64,000 nucleotides of DNA from Macrostomum lignano (lineage: Eukaryota): positions 62,001-126,000 of the forward strand of contig NIVC01002440.1 in the NCBI GenBank assembly GCA_002269645.1, read 5' to 3'. Under the pieces are notes generated by a model. It was given only the letters and a program-made list of their open reading frames with translations, was not told the origin of the DNA and ran no database searches. Below, in pieces: positions 52,175 through 62,836 of the stretch (the stretch's first letter is position 1; the number at the start of each line of letters is the position of its first letter). A program made the position numbers and the translations under genes.

Positions 52175-52840
52175 AGAAGGGAATCGGGAGAGGGGAGTCG
52201 GGAGAGGGGAGTCGGGAGAGGGGAGTCGGGAGAGGGGAGTCGGGAGAGGGGAATCGGGAGAGGTTAATCGGGAGAGGGGAGTCGGGAGAAGGGAATCGGG
52301 AGAGGGTAATCGGGAGAGGTTAATCGGGAGTGGGGAGTCGGGAGAGGGGAATCGGGAGAGGGGAATCGGGAGAGGGGAGTCGGGAGAGGGGAATCGGGAG
52401 AGGGGAATCGGGAGAGGGGAGTCGGGAGAGGGGAATCGGGAGAGGGGAATCGGGAGAGGGGAATCGGGAGAGGGGAATCGGGAGAGGGGAGTCGGAAGAG
52501 GGGAATCGGGAGAGGGGAGTCGGGAGAGGGGAATCGGGAGAGGGGAGTCGGGAGAGGGGAATCGGGAGAGGCGAGTCGGGAGAGGGGAGTCGGGAGAGGG
52601 GAGACGGGAGAGGGGAGTCGGGAGAGGGGAGTCGGGAGAGGGGAGTCGGGAGAGGGGAGTCGGGAGAGGGGAGACGGGAGAGGGGAGCCGGGAGAGGGGA
52701 GACGGGAGAGGGGAGTCGGGAGAGGGGAGACGGGAGAGGGGAGTCGGGAGAGGGGAATCGGGAGGGAGGGAGTCGGGAGAGGGGAGACGGGAGAGGGGAG
52801 TCAGGAGAGGGGAGACGGGAGAGGGGAGACGGGAGAGGGG
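52175..52840. repeat. Purine-rich minisatellite, ~15-bp unit
   Basis: Unit GGGAGAGGGGA(A/G)TC. Confidence 0.95.
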
Positions 52841-53238
52841 TAGTTTGCGAGTATGATAATAATAAAGAAATAATAATAAGGAAAATCAAGAAAGTTTTGT
52901 CCGGGGATTGGAATCGTGAATGGGGAAGAGAAGGGAATTAGGAGAGGAACTTTGGAAAGGGAAAATTAGGGAAGACTTAGAGAGCTAACTAGGAAAGAAA
53001 TTGAATCTAGACAAGGGAATTAGGAGAAGGGGAAGTTGGGGAAGGAGGATCAAGATAGGAATTGAAATATGAGAGCGCATTCAAGTTATTGCAGATTTGG
53101 GCAGAAAGGGACTGAATGGTGCAGCTCAAGGAACTGCAGTTTGCAGTGAGCAGATAAACAACTCGCGAAAATTGCAGTTTTTATCCAACTTCATCTCCCT
53201 TGATAGTGGAGAAGGGCAGCTCGCAGCATGCTGCCCAC

Positions 53239-53395
53239 CTGCCTGCGCAGTTAGCTGTGTCTGGATCTGCAGCACCCCTCCAAGAGAAATAAGCATACAC
53301 CCCATCAGACTGCTGTGTTTGCAGGCTGTGAGCTCTTTGATTTCGAGTTTTAACTGCAGTTTCTGCTGCTTTCGCTGAAGGCAAAGTTCCGAGAG
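53239..53395 (-). CDS. Small secreted protein, putative exon 2
   Basis: ctctgcag|CT CTC GGA...GGC AG|gtgggc; 157 nt, phases 1/2 join exons 1 and 3 in frame. Confidence 0.45.
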
Positions 53396-53562
53396 CTGCA
53401 GAGTGAGAGCTCATCCGCGCGGATGCTTCGCTGCGAGACCTCTGAGGGCGCCGCCGGATTTTGGGGAAAAATCAGAAAATTGCTCCACGGGTCAGTGACT
53501 AGGGTTAAGGGAGCCACCTGTTACTCAGGGATTATCGCCTGATAGTCAGGGACTTTCACTTG

Positions 53563-53985
53563 TCAGTCAGGGACATCACCTGTCAGTCAGGACATCAGCT
53601 GTCAGTCAGGGACATCACCTGTCAGTCAGGGACATCACCTGTCAGTCAGGGACATCACCTGTCAGTCAGGGACATCACCTGTCAGTCAGGACATCAGCTG
53701 TCAGTCAGGGACATCACCTGTCAGTCAGGGACATCACCTGTCAGTCAGGGACATCACCTGTCAGTCAGGGGCGTCATCTGTCCAGTCAGGGACATCATCC
53801 GTCAGTCAGGGACATCACCTGTCAGTCAGGGACATCACCTGTCAGTCAGGGACATCACCTGTCAGTCAGGACATCAGCTGTCAGTCAGGGACATCACCTG
53901 TCAGTCAGGACAGGACATCACCTGTCAGTCAGGGACATCACCTGTCAGTTAGGGACGTCACCTGTCAGTCAGGGGCGTCACCTGT
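53563..53985. repeat. Minisatellite, 19-20-bp unit
   Basis: Unit GTCAGTCAGGGACATCACCT. Confidence 0.93.
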
Positions 53986-54292
53986 GAAATCAGGAAAATT
54001 CCGACCACAAAAGGAGCTGGCCTTTGATCCCGCGGCGAGCGCACGGGACCCGCTGGCTCTTTGAGCTTTGAACACTTTCTGCTCTAATCCCCACCCAAAG
54101 CCCCTGCAGGTGATTTTAGAAGCCGGACATTTCCGGTTCGCCAGAATCTGCGGCTATTTGAAGCGCGGGAGAAAACTCTCAGCCTTGGACTTTGGCAAAA
54201 ATTAAAAATCCCGAACTTCTCTGTATTAAGCCGCTTGTACCCTACATATGTAGTCTGAAAAAGTTCGTACTGTGTTCCAGTACTGACCAAAC

Positions 54293-54850
54293 CCAACACC
54301 CGGGGCCGATCTACATGTAGAATCCAACACCCGGTGCCGATCTACATGTAGAACCCAACACCCGGGGCCGATCTACATGTAGAATCCAACACCCGGGGCC
54401 GATCTACATGTAGAACACAACACCCGGTGCCGATCTACATGTAGAACACAACACCCGGGGCCGATCTACATGTAGAACACAACACCCGGTGCCGATCTAC
54501 ATGTAGAGCCCAACACCCGGGGCCGATCTACATGTAGAACCCAACACCCGGGGCCGATCTACATGTAGAACCCAACACCCGGGGCCGATCTACATGTAGA
54601 ACCCAACACCCGGTGCCGATCTACATGTAGAACCCAACACCCGGGGCCGATCTACATGTAGAACCCAACACCCGGTGCCGATCTACATGTAGAACCCAAC
54701 ACCCGGGGCCGATCTACATGTAAAACCCAACACCCGATGTGCCGATCTACATGTAGAGCCCAACACCCGGTGTCGATCTACATGTAAAACCCAACACCCG
54801 GTGTCGATCTATATGTAGAACCCAAAACCGGCTACAGCCTATATGTAGAA
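54293..54850. repeat. Minisatellite, ~30-bp unit containing the palindrome CTACATGTAG
   Basis: Unit CAACACCCGG(G/T)GCCGATCTACATGTAGAACC. Confidence 0.94.
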
Positions 54851-55096
54851 CCCAATTGATGCATTTCAATCAGTGATATTGTTCTACCCACAGGCCCAAT
54901 TAAACCCTTATCATCAAAGCTGTTGTTAGCGATACATGTCGGCTCGCAAACGCTCACCCCTGCATCCAGGGCTCAGCTGACTCAGCGGGCAGTGCACGGG
55001 CAGGCGGCAGCGCCAAAAGGGTGGCTGCAATCGGCGAGACGGTTAAGTCGGTGAATCGTGAAAGGCTACTCAGAGAATTTGAGCAGTGGAACTCAC

Positions 55097-55145
55097 AGGC
55101 GCACAGGGCGGCCAGCAGGCAGGTCAGCAGGGCGAGTCGAGGCAT
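55097..55145 (-). CDS. Small secreted protein, putative exon 1 (signal peptide MPRLALLTCLLAALCA)
   Basis: ATG at 55145; hydrophobic h-region; strong donor T|GTGAGT, phase 1. Confidence 0.55.
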
Positions 55146-55562
55146 TCCGAGTTGAATTTCGAGCTGCTCCAAGCGGGTGTTTGGGAAAATTAACAGAAAC
55201 CCGAGCGAGGAGAGCGCGGGAGGAGGGCTGCTCAGGCTTTTGAGTGCGGCAGCAGGCTGGGGCAGCTCAGCCGCCATTGGCTAGGCTTGTCAGACTCAGC
55301 TGCTCACTGCCCAGCGGGTTGGCAAGGCCTGCAGCCAGTTGCCAGGGGGTTTAAACTGAGTCCGAGTCAAAAGAGAGGCGAGTCAGCACTCCGCCATTCA
55401 GTGATCAGCGATAACAGTGCAGATACTTCAACAGCAGCTGCCGCTGCGACTCCCCAAAGCAAGCAGCAGGTCAAGGCGGTCTCGTGTATTTCTGGCTGCG
55501 AGCTGAGACTGCAGCGCATGAGTAAAAATATGCACAGGCCGAGAACGAACCAGGGCCCGAGA

Positions 55563-56085
55563 ATTGGGGAGAGGGGATAGAATGGGAGGGGGATAGAAGG
55601 GAGAGGGGAAAGAATGGGAGAGGGGAAAGAATGGGATAGGGGATAGAATGGGAGAGGGGATAGAATGGGAGGGGGATAGAAGGGAGAGGGGATAGAATGG
55701 GAGAGGGGATAGAAGGGAGAGGGGATAGAATGGGAGAGGGGATAGAAGGGAGAGGGGATAGAAGGGAGAGGGGATAGAAGGGAGAGGGGATAGAAGGGAT
55801 GGGATAGAATGGGAGAGGGGATAGAATGGGAGAGGGGATAGAAGGGAGAGGGGATAGAAGGGATAGGGGATAGAATGGGAGAGGGGATAGAATGGGAGAG
55901 GGGATAGAATGGGAGAGGGGATAGAAGGGAGAGGGGATAGAATGGGAGAGGGGATAGAATGGGAGGGGATAGAATATGAGAGGGGATAGAATGGGAGAGG
56001 GGATAGAAGGGTGAGGGGATAGCATGGGAGAGGGGATAGAAGGGTGAGGGGATAGAATGGGAGAGGGGAGAGAAGGGGAGGGAAA
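55563..56085. repeat. Purine-rich minisatellite, ~15-17-bp unit
   Basis: Unit GGGAGAGGGGATAGAA(T). Confidence 0.93.
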
Positions 56086-56294
56086 GAGATGAGGGGAAGA
56101 TAGGGTGCAGGAGGCACCAAAAGAACAACAAAATACAGCAAAGTACAATGAAATACAGCAAAATACAGCCAAGTACAGCAAAAACAGCACAGGCAGAAAT
56201 CCGTGAGCAGCATGATGAGCATCGAAGCCCCGATTGCAAGCCAGCAGCGGCCGCAGCTCTGTACACCGGCCCGGAGTACTCAGCAAGGGGCCGC

Positions 56295-56786
56295 TCAGGT
56301 AAAATACGGCGGCCGCTGCACGTTGATGCCGCACTCCTGGAAGGCCGGGCCGAGGTCCTCCATTGTCAGTGTCAGGCGCTTGCCGGGCTGGCCGGAGGAG
56401 CCGCCGCCGCCAGCGGCAGCCGAGCCGGCAGCCCCGGCAGCTCCGGGGGCGGCGGAGGCGGTGCCGGCGGCCGCGGCTCCCGGGGTGCCGCCGCTGGCCC
56501 GCTTGGCCGCGGGGCCGCCCTGCCTGGCTCGGCAGTGGTGCATGGCGTCGCTCACGATGTCTGAAATGAACTTCTGGCCGGCTAGGGACACCAGGCGGAG
56601 CAGGCGCTGGTCGGCCACCTCCAGGCCGCTGCGCTCCAGGTAGTACTGAGTGACCCGGTCCGGGATGGTGGGCTGGTATTCGTCCAGCTGCAGGAAGAAG
56701 TCCGACAGGGACACCGGCTGCTGGAACTGCGGCCTCTGCTGCTGCTGCGGCTGCTGCTCAGCCGGGGAGAGGCTCTCGTCACCGTT
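56295..56786 (-). CDS. TAF10: TFIID/SAGA subunit TAF10
   Basis: LSDFFLQLDEYQPTIPDRVTQYYLERSG...RLVSLAGQKFISDIVSDAMHHCRAR and LTLTMEDLGPAFQECGINVQRPPYFT* match the TAF10 histone fold. No in-frame ATG seen; 5' boundary set at candidate acceptor cttgcag|AAC. Confidence 0.93.
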   Translation of the reverse strand, partial: NGDESLSPAEQQPQQQQRPQFQQPVSLSDFFLQLDEYQPTIPDRVTQYYLERSGLEVADQRLLRLVSLAGQKFISDIVSDAMHHCRARQGGPAAKRASGGTPGAAAAGTASAAPGAAGAAGSAAAGGGGSSGQPGKRLTLTMEDLGPAFQECGINVQRPPYFT

Positions 56787-56823
56787 CTGCAAGCGTCGGG
56801 GGCGGCTTCGCTGCTGCTGACAT

Positions 56824-57172
56824 GGGCTGGGGAATTGCGGAGGCGGGGTATGGGATGGGGAATTGCGGAGCGGGGTATGGGCTGGGGAATTGCGGAGCGG
56901 GGTATGGGCTGGGGAATTGCGGAGGCGGGGTATGGGCTGGGGAATTGCGGAGGCGGGGTATGGGCTGGGGAATTGCGGAGGCGGGGTATGGGCTGGGGAA
57001 TTGCGGAGGCGGGGTATGGGCTGGGGAATTGCGGAGGCGGGGTATGGGCTGGGGAATTTCGGAGGCGGGGTATGGGCTGGGGAATTGCGGAGGCGGGGTA
57101 TGGGCTGGGGAATCGCGGAGGCGGGGTATGGGCTGGGGAATCGCGGAGGCGGGGTATGGGCTGGGGAATTGC
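56824..57172. repeat. G-rich minisatellite, 28-bp unit
   Basis: Unit GGGGTATGGGCTGGGGAATTGCGGAGGC. Confidence 0.94.
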
Positions 57173-57692
57173 TAGGGAACCATAAAAGCGGTGAGAATGA
57201 ATGAGAATGGCAACCGTAGAGGCCGTGGCAGGTAAGCAGGAGGTCGCAGAGCTACAGGGCAGCATTAAACTATCATATTCAGATCAAGCCCCAGCCATCA
57301 ATGCTTGGCCAAGCAGTCCCCTAAGCGTTGCTGCTTCTAAAAGCAGGAGAGCTCCGCAGCGCTTTCAAAGCTGAAACAGACTGGCTGAGCAGGGAAGATG
57401 CAGAGATTAAAGAGGCTGAGAGCCGGAAGCAGGGGGATTAGCTAGCGGGTCAAGCAGGGGATGACGAGCCTGTTACTAATCCCAGAGCATCCCCAAGAAA
57501 ACAAGGGCAAAGACGGGCAGTTGTGAATGAGAAGCGACAGCCAAATCAGAGCAAATTGCGGCTGGTTTATTTTGCTTTATCGAGTAAATGCGGCCTGCAG
57601 GCTGGCCGAGCGGAGCAGTTCGGAGACAAAAATTATTGCAGCTGGGAGGGGGCGGAGTCAGGAGCACCAGGTTCGAGCTCGGGCCCGAGAAT

Positions 57693-59513
57693 TCACGGCT
57701 TCCGCTTAGCGGCCGAGAAGCCAAAGAGGCCGCCGCCGGGGCCGCCAGCCGGGGCGCCGAAGCCGGCGAAAGGCGCTGAGGCCGCAGTGGCGCCGAACGC
57801 CGGCGCCGCCTGTCCAGCAGCGGAAAATCCACCGAAGCCGCCGGCGCCGCCGAAGAGGGACGGAGCGGCCGCCGCAGGCTGGGTGGCCACGGAGGCGGCG
57901 GCTGCGGCGGCGGTGGCGGCCGCAGAAGCAGCAGCCAGCGAGTCGTCGCAAGGCGGCGGCCCGAAGTTCGAGTGGCGGCCGCGGCCGGAAAACGGGGAGG
58001 TAGCGGAGGCGGCGCGCGGCGAGGCGGAGGCGGCGAACGGGTTGCGGAAGTCGCCGCGGGAGCGCCGGTAGGCGAGGAAGTCGGCGCGCAGGCGGTCGCA
58101 GGTGGCGCTAGCGGCGCCCAGCTCGGCGGCGCAGGCAACCAGCGCCTCACGCGCCTGCCGCAGCGCGTTGAGCAGCTCCTGGCCGCTGACCCGGCCGCTG
58201 CTGCCGTCTAGACAGAGCGCAGCCTCGAGGTCCTCGATCTCCGCCCTCAGCAGGCGAATTTTGCCGGCCGCCTCGGTCACCAGCTGGCCCAGCAGGTCCA
58301 GCGCCTCCTGGCTGTCCGCCTGCTGCCAGGCCGGCTGCTCGAAGCTCCGACGGGCCACCGACAGCTGCCTGCCGAGCTCCGCCAGGTCGCTGCGAAGCCT
58401 CACGGCGGCGCTGACGCTGGCGGCCCGGCCGGTGGCCAACCGCCTAACGGCCTGCGCCACCGACTCCGCCTCTTCCGCCACCCTGCCGAGCTCCTGCGCC
58501 AGCCCCGCCCTGTCCGCCTCCATGCGCAGCCGCAGCTCCCGCTGGGAAGCGACGTGGCGGCGGAAGGCCTCCACAGTCACCAGGACCTCATGCGGGATCT
58601 CCGACTCCAGCACGCTCTTCGCCTCCGTCGTGGAGCCGCTAGCGCCGGCGCCACCGCTGCCGCTTGAGCTGCCGGCGCCAAAACCGCCGATTCCCGCGCC
58701 GCCGCTGCCAGCAGCCGCGGAGCCGCTGGCGAGACTCGAACCCGGGACGCCGCCGAGGCCACGAAAGGCTGGCGCCGCAGCTGCTGGCGCTGATGTTGCC
58801 GCAGCCGCCAAAGTGGAAGCGCCAGGCGCCGGAGCCGAGGTGCCGAACGAGAAGCCTCCTGGCGCTGGAGCGGCCGCAGCGGTCGGAGCGGCTCCGAGCG
58901 TCAGGCTAAGTGCCGGCTTGGCTGCAGCTGAGGCAGCAGCCGGGGCTGCCAGAGACAGCGGCGCGGTGGACAGGTTGAGCCCTACGATGGTGGACGACTG
59001 AGTGGAGGCCCCAGCGCCTCCGAGGCCCTTAAGGGCGGCCCCAGGTGCCGCAGCAGCAGGTGCGCCGGTCGTCGATGCCGAGGCAGCGCCAAAAAAGCTG
59101 CCAAAAGCCGGCGCTGGGGCGCCAGACGGAGCGGCGGCGGTGGCGGGCTTGGCGCCAGTGGCTGAGGCGCCAAAGCCAAAGGGCGCCGGCTGGCCGGCTG
59201 CTGGCGGCGCCGAGGGCGCGGAGGCGAGGGAGCTGAGGGGCGTGGTGGAGGACAAGTTGAGGCCCACGATGGTTGAAGACTGCCCGGCCGCCGCTGGGCC
59301 GCCAGCCGCTCCAGGCGTCCCGCCGGCCGCCCCGGCCGCTGCCAAGGAGCCGCCCGTTGACGCCGCGGCCCCGAATGCGGGCGGCTGTTGCGGCGTCAGC
59401 GACAGGTTGAGGCCGCCCAGGGTGCTGGAGCTGCCCGCCGCCAGGGGGGCCACCGTGGCCAGCTTCGGGCCCGCCGAGGCAGCCGGACTGGCGCCGAATG
59501 AGAAGGCGGACAT
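57693..59513 (-). CDS. NUP58: Nucleoporin Nup58/Nup45 (NUPL1)-like, intronless, 606 aa
   Basis: ATG TCC GCC TTC at 59513. FG-containing low-complexity N and C termini flank a coiled-coil core (KSVLESEIPHEVLVTVEAFRRHVASQR), followed by ATSPFS...AAA and a basic KRKP end, as in Nup58. Confidence 0.8.
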   Translation of the reverse strand: MSAFSFGASPAASAGPKLATVAPLAAGSSSTLGGLNLSLTPQQPPAFGAAASTGGSLAAAGAAGGTPGAAGGPAAAGQSSTIVGLNLSSTTPLSSLASAPSAPPAAGQPAPFGFGASATGAKPATAAAPSGAPAPAFGSFFGAASASTTGAPAAAAPGAALKGLGGAGASTQSSTIVGLNLSTAPLSLAAPAAASAAAKPALSLTLGAAPTAAAAPAPGGFSFGTSAPAPGASTLAAAATSAPAAAAPAFRGLGGVPGSSLASGSAAAGSGGAGIGGFGAGSSSGSGGAGASGSTTEAKSVLESEIPHEVLVTVEAFRRHVASQRELRLRMEADRAGLAQELGRVAEEAESVAQAVRRLATGRAASVSAAVRLRSDLAELGRQLSVARRSFEQPAWQQADSQEALDLLGQLVTEAAGKIRLLRAEIEDLEAALCLDGSSGRVSGQELLNALRQAREALVACAAELGAASATCDRLRADFLAYRRSRGDFRNPFAASASPRAASATSPFSGRGRHSNFGPPPCDDSLAAASAAATAAAAAASVATQPAAAAPSLFGGAGGFGGFSAAGQAAPAFGATAASAPFAGFGAPAGGPGGGLFGFSAAKRKP

Positions 59514-59625
59514 GTCACTCGGTAGATGCTGGAGTGTCACTCGGTAGACGCTGGAGTGTCACTCGGCAGACGCTGGATGTCACTCGGCAGACGCTGGATG
59601 TCACTCGGTAGACGCTGGATTGTCA
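59514..59625. repeat. Short 21-22-bp tandem repeat abutting the NUP58 start codon
   Basis: Unit GTCACTCGG(T/C)AGACGCTGGA(GT/T), ~5 copies. Confidence 0.88.
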
Positions 59626-60289
59626 CTCTCCAGACAATGCAGGTCACTTGGCAGCAGAAACGCACAAACAGAGCAGTGTTGAGTCAGGTAGAACTCATTG
59701 ATAATCAATAATTAGTGCATAATTAACACTTGAATCCCCTATCAGCAGTAATTTAAATAAACAGCAAAACAGAGACTGATCTCACTCACCGCGTGTCAGT
59801 TTGACAAGCAGAGCTGGCAAGGCTTAAATTTTATTTACAAATGACAGCTTCAGCTACAGGCATTACAGAGCACAATATTTGCAGCATTGAATTACCGAGC
59901 ACACAGGGGACACGCGGGAGCTGAAAGCTATCCCAGCCTGCAGTCGCAGCTGAATACCAGGCTGGCAGTTGCCGCACCCACTGGGAGCCGATTGCCACCA
60001 ATAAAATGGCATATTGACAATCTCCGGGACTTGGGGAAGCGGCGCCGAAGGCTGCCGAGTTGAACTGGGGGCAAACATCCGCCAGGATGCGGAACAATGG
60101 GGCGCTGCGCCAGGGCAAACAGAGCTCAATGAAAATCCCCGGGTTTGCGACTCGGCACCGTTGCGGCTCAGTGGCTTTCAGCGGCAATTTGACACCGGCT
60201 GAATTCCCCACTGAAGCTGCCTGCCTTGCCGCTCGAATCCCCCGCCATTCTCACTGATCCCTGCGCCTGCTTAAGGCCTTTACTGGCGG

Positions 60290-60735
60290 CTTGGGGCGAT
60301 TCTGAGGGTGGGGCTGAGGGAGATTCTAAGGGCGGGCTGAGGGAGATTCTGAGGGTGGGGCTGAGGGCGATTTTGAGGGTGGGGCTGAGGCAGATTCTGA
60401 GGGTGGGGCTGAGGGAGATTCTAAGGGCGGGCTGAGGGAGATTCTGAGGGTGGGGCTGAGGGAGATTCTAAGGGCGGGCTGAGGCAGATTCTGAGGGTGG
60501 GGCTGAGGCAGATTCTAATGGCGGGGCTGAGGCAGATTCTGAGGGTGGGGCTGAGGGCGATTCTGAGGGTAGGGCTGAGGGAGATTCTGAGGGTGGGGCT
60601 GAGGGCGATTCTGAGGGTGAGGCTGAGGGCGATTCTGAGGGTGGGGCTGAGGCAGATTCTGAGGATGGGGCTGAGGGAGGGGCTGAGGGCGATTCTGAGG
60701 GTGGGGCTGAGAGCGATTCCGAGGGTGGGGTTTGA
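60290..60735. repeat. G-rich minisatellite, 24-bp unit
   Basis: Unit GATTCTGAGGGTGGGGCTGAGG(GC/CA/GA). Confidence 0.93.
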
Positions 60736-60871
60736 GAGCGATCATCAAATGATTATTATGAGTTTAAAATCAGCCTAATTAAAAAAACTGAGCGGTTATC
60801 AGAACCGGACGGTTCACATCGCGTCCATGGCTGAATGCAGAGCAGGGCCCAGCAGTTCAGACACCGGCCCT

Positions 60872-62368
60872 CTAAGCCTTGCGGAACGCTTGCTTCTCCA
60901 TGTCGTCGTGCCGCCGCTGCACCTGATTGGCCCGCCGCCTCACCGCCTCCTCCAGGCTGCACTCTGCTGACTTGTTCGCCAGGCCGCGGATGAACTCGCC
61001 GCCCGGGCCCTCGCCGCCGCCTCCGCCGTTGGCCACAGCGGCCGCAGCCGCCGCCACTCGGGCCTCCAGCCGGGCCCGTCTGTCCGCCTCGCGATCGCGA
61101 GCGTCCTGCATCATCTCGGCCAGCCGCCGCGCCCGCTCATCATCCGGCTTCGTTCCGGATGACGATCTGTCCGACCGGTCCTTGTGACTAGATGAGCTGC
61201 CTGACTGGTCTGTGTGCCTAGGAGGCGACCTGTCCACCCGGCCTCTGTGTCTGGGAGGCGACCTGTCCACCCGGCCTCTGTGTCTGGGAGGCGACCTGTC
61301 TGGTCGGTCTTGGTGCCTGCGAGGCGACCTGTCTGGTCGGTCTTGGTGCCTGCGAGGCGACTTGTCCACCCGGCCTTGCTGCCTGCGAGGCGACTTGTCC
61401 ACCCGGCCTTGCTGCCTGAGAGGCGACTTCTCCACCCGGTCTTTGTGTCTGGGAGGCGACCTGTCCATCCGGTCTTGGTGCCTGAGAGGCGACCTGTCCA
61501 CCCGGCCTTTGTGTCTGGGAGGCGATTTCTCCACCCGGTCTTTGTGTCTGGGAGGCGACCTGTCTGGTCGGTCTTTGTGTCTGAGAGGCGAACTGTCCAC
61601 CCGGCCTCTGTGTCTGGGAGGCGACCTGTCTGGTTGGCCTTGGTGCCTGGGAGGCGACCTCTTCATCTGGTCTTTGTGCCGGGGAGGCGATCTGCTGTAC
61701 CGGTCTTTGTGACTGGGCTGAGGCCTGCCCGACGGGTCCCGGTGATCACCGGACTTCATCTGGTCTTTGTGCCGGGGAGGCGATCTGCTGTACCGGTCTT
61801 TGTGACTGGGCTGAGGCCTGCCCGACGGGTCCCGGTGATCACCGGACTTCCCCGGTTCCTTGTTCACGATGGCCAGGTACTGGTTGAGCAGCTCGTCCCC
61901 GCTGGACTCTTCGGAATCCGAGCCCGATGAAGACGACGCTTTCTTGTTTCTCTTCCTCTTCTTGGTCTTCTCCTTCTCCTGCAAAGCCTGGGTCAGCTTG
62001 CGCATCTTCACCGGGTTCTGCTGCAGCCGGCGCAGCCGCTCAGCCTCCTGCTGCCTGATGAGGAACAGTGGGTCCTCGCGCATCTTGGCCTGCATGTCCA
62101 GCACGGCCCGCCGCTCGATGATGCCGGAGTCCAGCTCCTTGCTGACGCCCTGCAGCTGCGCGGAGTCATCGATGGCGGACAGTTTAGAGACATCCGTGAT
62201 CCGCTTGCCGCGCAAGTAGTCCTCTGCGCTGGGCCGGCTCATGTCCTCGTTGTAGAGAAACTCCACCCGCTGCTGCCCGTCCGAGCTGTACTTCTCGCGG
62301 AGCAGCTTCAGCATCTTCTCGCGCTCCTCGGAGTCCAGGTGCTCCAGGTCGAGGGCGCGGTTCGACAT
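60872..62368 (-). CDS. CWC25: Pre-mRNA splicing factor CWC25-like, 498 aa from ATG 62368
   Basis: RVEFLY...EDYLRGKRI, LDMQAKMREDPLFLIRQQE...NPVKMRKL and C-terminal SLEEAVRRRANQVQR match the CWC25 family; Kozak-like gccgccATG. Confidence 0.85.
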   Translation of the reverse strand: MSNRALDLEHLDSEEREKMLKLLREKYSSDGQQRVEFLYNEDMSRPSAEDYLRGKRITDVSKLSAIDDSAQLQGVSKELDSGIIERRAVLDMQAKMREDPLFLIRQQEAERLRRLQQNPVKMRKLTQALQEKEKTKKRKRNKKASSSSGSDSEESSGDELLNQYLAIVNKEPGKSGDHRDPSGRPQPSHKDRYSRSPPRHKDQMKSGDHRDPSGRPQPSHKDRYSRSPPRHKDQMKRSPPRHQGQPDRSPPRHRGRVDSSPLRHKDRPDRSPPRHKDRVEKSPPRHKGRVDRSPLRHQDRMDRSPPRHKDRVEKSPLRQQGRVDKSPRRQQGRVDKSPRRHQDRPDRSPRRHQDRPDRSPPRHRGRVDRSPPRHRGRVDRSPPRHTDQSGSSSSHKDRSDRSSSGTKPDDERARRLAEMMQDARDREADRRARLEARVAAAAAAVANGGGGGEGPGGEFIRGLANKSAECSLEEAVRRRANQVQRRHDDMEKQAFRKA

Positions 62369-62469
62369 GGCGGCTAGTTCGGTTGCTGATGGGGTTGAGG
62401 CCAGGGGGCAGCAATTGCGACAGGTTGGTGTGTGGGTTCGAGTTTCAGTGTGCAGTGATTTTGAGGTGG

Positions 62470-62836
62470 CCACGGTCACACCTGAGGATCTGGGAGCTGA
62501 GCGGTCATACCCTGGTACCTGAGGATCTGGGAACTGAGCAGTCACACCTGAGGATCTGGGAACTGAGCGGTCACACCTGAGGATCTGGGAGCTGAACGGT
62601 CACACCTGAGGATCTGGGAACTGAGCGGTCACACATGAGGATCTGGGAGCTGAGCGGTCACACCTGAGGATCTGGGAGCTGAGCGGTCACACCTGAGGAT
62701 CTGGGAACTGAGCGGTCACACATGAGGATCTGGGAGCTGAGCGGTCACACCTGAGGATCTGGGAGCTGAGCGGTCACACCTGAGGATCTGGGAACTGAGC
62801 GGTCACACCTGAGCATCTGTGAAATGAGCGGTCACA
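62470..62836. repeat. Minisatellite, 29-bp unit, ~12 copies
   Basis: Unit CACCTGAGGATCTGGGA(G/A)CTGAGCGGTCA. Confidence 0.95.
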
